This document shows positions 55,364-64,000 of a DNA stretch of 64,000 nt, in pieces. A program made the translations under genes and the position numbers. The notes beneath the pieces were generated by a model. That model did not search any database. It had not been told where the DNA came from and worked only from the letters and a program-made list of their open reading frames with translations. Location: NCBI GenBank assembly GCA_951406725.2, contig OX597824.1, forward strand, positions 16,740,001-16,804,000. The letters are read 5' to 3'. Position 1 is the first letter of the stretch. Each line of letters starts with the position of its first letter. The stretch comes from Octopus vulgaris. Its lineage: Eukaryota.

Positions 55364-55939
55364 CTACAACTTAGCAATAACGACAATGGCATGATAATAA
55401 AGGTTAGGAAATGACAATGAAAATTGTGACATAACAAGAAATACAGTGAGATAACAACAATTATATTAGCGGAACGACGAAGACTGTGACATAACAATGA
55501 AAACTATAGCATAAAAGAAATGCTAAGACATAAAAACAAACCATGTGACATAGCATCAAATAATACGGTATGATAATAAAGGCCATTGTGAGATAGGAAG
55601 GACAGTAGTATAAGAACATAGACTGACACGACAAAATGTCTGTCAGTTAATAAAGAAAGACTAACAAAACGAATGCTAAGATGGTGTAGTAAGAAAAGCT
55701 ATAGAACAATACAGCGGCAACACCATGTGTCATCAATACTGCAGCAAAACCTACAAAAGTTTTATACAAATATCTCAAACAATCATAACAATGATCTCTC
55801 CAACACTGCAGTAATAAGATATCTGATACAACAATGAGGAAGGCAGCGACAATAGCACATACTGCAGTAGATTAAGCACAATAAAGAAAATGTCTACCAC
55901 ACAAATATTTTTCGCAAGAGGATTTCACACAAACGATAC

Positions 55940-56724
55940 CTATTTCTATACTATCCACAAGGGGCTAAACACAGAGGGGACAAACAAGGACATACAAAGG
56001 GATTAAGTCGATTACATCGACCCCAGTGAGTAACTGTTACTTATTTAATCGAACCCGAAAGGATGAAAGGCAAAGTCGACCTCAGCGGAATTTGAACTGA
56101 GAACATAAAGACAGACGAAATACCTATTGGTTTACTACCCACAAGGGGCTAAACACAGAGGAGACAAACAAGTACAGACAAACGGATTAAGTCGATTATA
56201 TCGACCCCAGTGCGTAATTGGTACTTATTTAATCGACCCCGAAAGGATCAAAGGCAAAGTCGACCTCGGCGGAATTTGATCTCAGAACGTAGCGGCAGAC
56301 GAAATACCTATTTGTTTACTACCCACAAGGAGCTAAACACAGAGGGGACAAACAAGGACAGACAAACGGATTAAGTCGATTACATCGACCCCAGTGCGTA
56401 ACTGGTACTTATTTAATCGACTCCGAAAGGATGAAAGGCAAAATCGACCTCGGCGGAATTTGAACTCAGAGCGAAGCGGCAGACGAAATGCCTATCTCTT
56501 TACTGCCCACCAGGGGCTAAACACAGAGGGGATAAACAAGGAAAGACAAACGGATTAAGTCGATTATATCGACCCCAGTGAGTAACTGGTACTTATTTAA
56601 TCGACCCGAAAGGATGAAAGGCAAAGTCGACCTCGGCGGAATTTGAACTGAGAACCTAGCGGCAGACGAAATACCGGTAAGCACTTCGCCCTGCGTGCTA
56701 ACGGTTCTGCCAGCTCACCGCCTT
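55940..56724 (-). repeat. Four-unit tandem array of family B SINE within one about 19-bp TSD
   Basis: One full head (about 56660-56724) plus three head-truncated units of about 184 bp; flanks ATTTCACACAAACGATACC / ATTTCACACAAATGATACC. Confidence 0.92.
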
Positions 56725-57291
56725 ATTTCACACAAATGATACCATTATACAGAAAATTCAGTAGAATCGCATGTTTTGCTACCAGCAAATAACAATGTCT
56801 TTAATAACGGAATAACAGCAGCATTATGGCTTCCTTCGAACCACAGCTTCTATGTAACAACATTTATGACATGACATTAAATATATACGACATCACAGTA
56901 ATAAATAAAATGTCAAGACCTAGATTCGTTCGTTAAGATACTTCAATAATAACAGAAGTTACGATGTATCAGAAATATATAACATCTATGATACATAAGC
57001 AAGAACAAAAGAGCTATGACACAACACAGTTTCTATGGCAACAATGTAATGGCTATGTTACTAAAACCGATGTTGAAACAAAATGAATAAAAAAACATAA
57101 TAACACTTAAAACAATATTAAAAATTGATACAAATTATGTGAATGCCAATGGCGTTAGAGAAACTCTGAAGAAATAAATACGGAATAAATACGTTATTTT
57201 GCAAGGAAAAAAACACGTAAGTCTCTGACCATCTTGTAGCAACCCAGTAGGAAAATTAATATAATAAAACTGTGGCAAATATATCATAACA

Positions 57292-57354
<63 letters not shown>

Positions 57355-57384
57355 CACACACACAGAGACACGCACACACACACA

Positions 57385-57415
<31 letters not shown>

Positions 57416-57554
57416 TACAAAGACACACACATGTATATATGCATAGCAGATATATAAATACATTCACCAGATTCTACATGAATGTATATATATATATATA
57501 TAAATTTATTTATATATACACATATATATATATATAAATTTATTTATACATATG

Positions 57555-57585
<31 letters not shown>

Positions 57586-57704
57586 GTATATAAACTTATT
57601 TATATATATGCGTGCAGTTACACAGATAACACTCATAAAAACATGTGTCTATATATATATGTATTTGAATATTTATATATATATATATACACATACATAT
57701 ACAT

Positions 57705-57738
<34 letters not shown>

Positions 57739-57744
57739 GAATGC

Positions 57745-57784
<40 letters not shown>

Positions 57785-57808
57785 GCATGCATGTATATAT
57801 ATATATGA

Positions 57809-57896
<88 letters not shown>

Positions 57897-58711
57897 ATAA
57901 TGGCTTCCATTTAACAGAAGTGATAAATAGAAAGTGTCCAGAGACAGTGTGATCTACCTCTGAATTAATATGTTAAAGTCTTGTGCCACCCTAATCTACC
58001 TCTGAATAATTCATCCAATTAGGGAGATACTGCGTTATATTTCAGGGTAGGCAGATGAGGGTATGTTTGTTTTATTACAACATTGTCAGACACTATAAAC
58101 AAAGAAAAGCATGAAATAACATCCATCCTTATGGAGAATTAGATTTTACAGCTTTTTTTTTTTACAGTATTTTAGTTATATTTTTAATTTTTACAATTTT
58201 TTATTTTTGTTTTCTGCGTATTTTTTTTCTGTACTTTAGTTCTATTTTTTTGTTGTTGTTATTCTTTATCTTCCTTGACCCGATCCATTTTGTATTTGAG
58301 TGTGGGCTTCTTAGTTTGTGAATAAGATTGGAAGGTGCTAAGATTGATACTTCTAAATGCACGCACATACATAAACAAATATACATACAAACGCACAATG
58401 GATAAAAACGCACGGACATTAACAGAGAGACACACATATACACAGGCATACGCAGAAATGAAAGCGTCCATTTTAAGATTTGCAGCCGTTTATCAAGGTC
58501 ATAGATAATCGTGTGCGTTTAAGAAAAATCAACTTTCCACTTTGCTGAACATTGCTTTGTCGTTCTGTTATGTCAACAGAAAAGGGCGGAGTATTTTTTG
58601 AGTAAAGGCCACAATGACGCGACAGGGGGTTGCAATTAGGAAAGCAATGCCAACATACACACACCAGCAACACAAACAAACACAAAACTCTTACACAAAC
58701 ACAAAGAACGT

Positions 58712-58792
<81 letters not shown>

Positions 58793-59308
58793 GTATATAC
58801 ATATATATATGTATATATATATACATATATATGATACGAAAATGGTATGGTCAGAGTAATAGGGGACTAGTTTAAATTAAGGAGCGTATACCAAATTTAG
58901 GGTAAGGGAAAGAAATCAGAAAGGGATGATGAGAATAAGGTTAATTTAGAGTACAGAAGCATTGTTATGGGAAAAAGAATGGGGCTGAAAGATTGATGTA
59001 GACTGAAGGAAAACAATCAGATTGTGTAGGGTCTGGTAAATAAGGGGCTATATATATAAAAGAAATGAGTTATTTCGTGTAAGATATATGGATATTTTTA
59101 GAATATAAATGAGTATAAAACATCAAGTAGTTGATTGTTTAGTGTAAATTGCTGTGTATAAGATATAAATATGAAAATATACATGAGCACACGCGAACGA
59201 TAGCGCTACCCACTTATAGAGACAGAGAAAGTTGGCATGTTTAAATTAACCCCTTTTTGACATATGTATGTATATATATATGTGTATGTGTGTGTGTGTG
59301 TATGTGTG

Positions 59309-59387
<79 letters not shown>

Positions 59388-59446
59388 ATAAATATATATA
59401 TATATATATATAAATATTTATAGATATACATAAATATATATATATG

Positions 59447-59562
<116 letters not shown>

Positions 59563-60092
59563 TTCACGTTGTGTGTGTATAATGTACACACACACAAACA
59601 CTCACACATGAGCATTTATATTTGTACGCGTACACACACATACACACACACACGCGCGCGCTCAAACTAGACGTTATGAATTATAACTCCAATTATAGCT
59701 CAAAATTTTTGTAGAAACATTATCAGGAAATATTTTAAAGCATAAAGTTGCATACACGCAAACACACGCGCACACACATACAAGCACATAAATACATACG
59801 CTCACAGGCATACACACACATATGTAGGAGTGTGTAAACGAGAAAATCTTATATCAAATACACACATGCATACAAATATATATACACACATGCTCAGGTT
59901 GGCATTCGCCAAAACAAAAACCTAAGATCAAAGGCCTTTCAACCGTGACCATCCTGTGAGTTTCCTCTATACTTGCAGCATAAGTTAACATTATATATTA
60001 AGATGGTGTGTCGTAATTTGAGAACTATTTGGTTGCTGCTTCTAGCATTTTGACACACCATGAAGAGGCTTATTCATCAGATCACGTATGTT

Positions 60093-60148
<56 letters not shown>

Positions 60149-60454
60149 ATTTCTATATTTATGTTCCGTGTGTGTAATTGTAAGCGTGTAATGATATGAT
60201 ATCTATTCGAAATATACTTTATTATTTGCGAATCCTATTGCAAGAAAATATACATGAGAGACCTAGATTAATGCTACTAATTAATTCCATTAAAATATTA
60301 CAAATGAAAATTATAAATGTATTAAAATATACATTTAAATGATGTTTATTATTGCTTTGACAAGGATTAAACGCAGGTTTCTCACTTTTACTCAAAGCCA
60401 ATGACAAACAAGGATGAAACGTGTATGATAGCGATTAAACAAGAAGACCATTTT

Positions 60455-60593
60455 ACTCTTTGTAAGCCTAGTACTTATTCTATCGTACTCTTTTGCTGAA
60501 CCGCTAAGTTACGGGGATGTAAACACACCAGCATCGGTTGTCAAGCGATGTTGGGGGTGGGGGACAAACACAGACACACACACGCACACACAC

Positions 60594-60642
<49 letters not shown>

Positions 60643-61022
60643 CACATACATACGAGAGGCTTCTTTCAGTTTCCGTCTACCAAATCCACTCACAAGGCTT
60701 TGGTCGACCCGAGGCTATAATAGAAGACACTTGTCCAAGGTGCCACGCAGTGGAAGTGAACCCGGAACGGTGTGGTTCATAAGCAAGGTACTTACCACAC
60801 ACACACACACACACACATACACCCACACACACACATATATATTTATATATATATATATATATACGACAGGCTTCTTTCAGTTTCCGTCTACCAAATCTAC
60901 TCTCACAAAGCTTTGGTTGATTTGAGACTATAGTATCGTACACTTACCCAAGTTGCCATGCAGTGGGACTGAACCCAGAACCATGTGTGGCAAGCTACTT
61001 ACCACACAGCCAGGCCTGCCCC
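60455..61022 (-). mobile_element. Two family C SINE pieces in tandem
   Basis: CTTCTTTCAGTTTCCGTCTACCAAATC at about 60660 and 60870. Confidence 0.85.
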
Positions 61023-61188
61023 TATAAATGGTAAGTATTGTTTATAGGAGCAGCCGTAGTATTCTAAGCTTTTCATAATATAATGTAAATATATAACATC
61101 CAAGACCATCATTGGTATTCAGAAGATTCACACTAAAGAAGGGAGATAACTGACATATTGAACTAATTATATATGACTAATTATATAT

Positions 61189-61420
61189 AAGGCGGCGAAT
61201 TGGCAGAAACCTTAGCACGCCGGGCGATATGCGTAGCCGTATTTCGTCTGTCTTTACGTTCCGAGTTCAAATTCCGCCGAGGTCGACTTTGCCTTTCATC
61301 CTTTCGGGGTCGATAAATTAAATACCAGTTACGCACTGGGGTCGATGTAATCGATTTAATCCGTTTGCCTGTCCTTGTTTGTCCCCTCTGTGTTTAGCCC
61401 CTTGTGGGTAGTAAAGAATT
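61189..61420 (+). mobile_element. Family B SINE, single full-length copy
   Basis: Head AGGCGGCGAATTGGCAG, B box GTTCAAATTCC, tail GTAAAGAA; AATTATATATGACT repeated at both flanks. Confidence 0.92.
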
Positions 61421-61585
61421 ATATATGACTTGTACATAAATTTATCGAATGATAATATCCTGAAACGTTCAGCAGAAATTTGTTCTCAGCAGTAGAATTA
61501 GGCGAGAGGTTTGTCCTAGACAAGACATTAGACTCATTTGTATTGTTTGCCTTCAGCTGAGGATTAGAGTTTAAGGAATATAGAT

Positions 61586-62017
61586 TTAACCTTTAGTTAC
61601 TACGATTCTAAGGACCGCTCTGCTGCGGTGTACTAGTACAAGTGAAGGGCTCCAGTCATGGGTCATATTGTAGAAGACGGTCTTGTGTATAGCGCATACG
61701 TGAGTTGAAAGATAGCTGATCTCTTGATAAGTGTCACACAGGCCCACAGTTGTGCGGTTATGCCCTGATGTCGCGTCAACCCGTCCAATTATCCAAGTGT
61801 TAAATTTTGCCCTATGCATGAAGTTAAACTTGGAAGAGCAGATGTTCTGCGATGTAATCTGTAAATAAATGGACAGAAGTGACGACGAATTCTCAGTCTT
61901 TGACATGGAGGTCCATGATCGCTGACGCCAGTAGAGTAGGCATGGCACACAAAGAGGGACCACAACGAGACATAACTGAATACTGCGAGGCATTTTGTCC
62001 GACGCTCTGAAACTCAA
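61586..62017 (-). pseudogene. Possible very old RLE-LINE zinc-knuckle relic, open for 143 codons
   Basis: LC-x13-C-x7-Y-x3-HD spacing (LCDTYQEISYLSTHVCAIHKTVFYNMTHD) matches the CCHC/RHD region of R2/R4-class elements; FMHRAKFN upstream resembles FIHRARLN. Confidence 0.35.
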
Positions 62018-62369
62018 CCACTCATCATATTGAACATGGATGATAACGATGATAATGATATGGTGAGAGGAAAGGGATAACCGTCATAATAATACATTTG
62101 CTGATAATGATGGTATACAATCTGTGATGATATTTATCACAGTTGTGATAATTACGAACATTGCTTTTGTCTTTCATGCTTTCGGTGTCGATGAGATAAT
62201 TTACCAGCAAAGCACTCAAGCGGGGATGCAATCGCCAAGTCCCCTTCCAGAAAATCTTAGAAATTACGTACTAGAAATTATTATTGTTGTTGTTATTATT
62301 ATTTTGGTAATATTTAAGGATTGCTGTCGAAATATTGTTCATTCGATAACATTGGCACTCTTCTTATTG

Positions 62370-62439
<70 letters not shown>

Positions 62440-62443
<4 letters not shown>

Positions 62444-62750
62444 TATGTTTGACTTTTGCTTTATGTCTGTACAAGTTGGCTCCAAGTCTCACCCAGAGAC
62501 CTCAAGAGACAACAGGTTGGAAGTTCTGTGCCATATATTTGGGTTTTTTTTTGTTTTTCTTGTGTTGTACTAGTGAATGTCTAATACATAAAAAATAATA
62601 ATAATAATAATAATAAATAAATAAATAAATAAATAAAAATTTTGTTTTAAACCTTGGGATTACATAGAGAGTATTTTGCGTAGGATAATGAGCAGTTCCC
62701 ATGAGCACTATCTTTTGAATTTCTGCCATTTTGGGGTTTCCTGGTATCTG
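62440..62750 (-). mobile_element. R4/Dong-like LINE 3' end between trinucleotide tracts
   Basis: QIPGNPKMAEIQKIVLMGTAH C-terminal motif; tail runs into (ATT)n. Confidence 0.75.
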
Positions 62751-62949
62751 GTGATGATTATGATGATGATTATGATAATGATTATGATAATGATTATGAT
62801 TATGATGATGATTATGATGATGATTATGATGATGATGATGATTATTATGATAATGAGCCTTTCTACCAAAGGCACAAGGCCAGGAATTTTGGGGGAGGAG
62901 ACAAGTCGATTGCATCGACCCCAGTATTTCACTGGTACTTAATTTATCA

Positions 62950-63560
<611 letters not shown>

Positions 63561-63749
63561 CTCCCCCAAAATTCCTGGCCTTGTGCCTTTGGTAGAAAGG
63601 CTCATTATCATCATCATCATCATCATCATTATTATTTTCCTTTCTTTCTTCAAGTTTTCTTCCATTTCTAGCCGAGTGTATTCCGCACACGGTAGGGCAG
63701 AGAAGCTCACTGTATGCCTTCCCAGATTACATACGGAAATTCACAGGTA

Positions 63750-63806
<57 letters not shown>

Positions 63807-64000
63807 CATTATTATTATTATTATTATTATCATTATTATTATTATTATCATTATTATTATTATTATCATTATTATTATAATTATTATTATTATTATTATC
63901 ATTATTATCATTATTATTATCATTATTATTATCATTATTATTATAATTATTATTATTATTAATATTATCATTATTATCATCATCATCATCATCATCATCA

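Larger units (their letters stand above)
53920..57130. repeat. Ancient degenerate about 20-bp minisatellite invaded by LINE, SINE and MITE insertions
   Basis: Units such as TGTGACATAACAAGAAATAC, AGTGAGATAACAACAATTAT, TGTGACATAACAATGAAAAC at 20-bp spacing (55425-55565). Confidence 0.65.

Overview
Eukaryotic, very AT-rich, microsatellite-saturated DNA whose repeat content is typical of an Octopus (coleoid cephalopod) genome; the taxon is inferred from the SINE/microsatellite landscape. I find no convincing protein-coding gene: nearly all listed ORFs are microsatellite translations, and the real peptide similarities are decayed transposons (mariner, R4/Dong-type RLE LINEs, a CR1/L2-group LINE end, a Tx1-like LINE end, a probable Helitron helicase). 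Three tRNA-derived SINE families (called A, B, C here) dominate, with tandem arrays, inverted pairs and modular hybrids. The most interesting signal is a set of short ORF-less elements embedded in (TA)n tracts, often with fold-back arms, carrying type I hammerhead ribozyme motifs from several unrelated sequence families (about 16.8, 24.7, 33.2, 42.2, 50.2, 51.1, 52.7, 52.9, 53.1 kb). They include two intact cores, a back-to-back double hammerhead, and a G3-C8 swapped-core variant. All structures were derived by eye; nothing was searched or computed.
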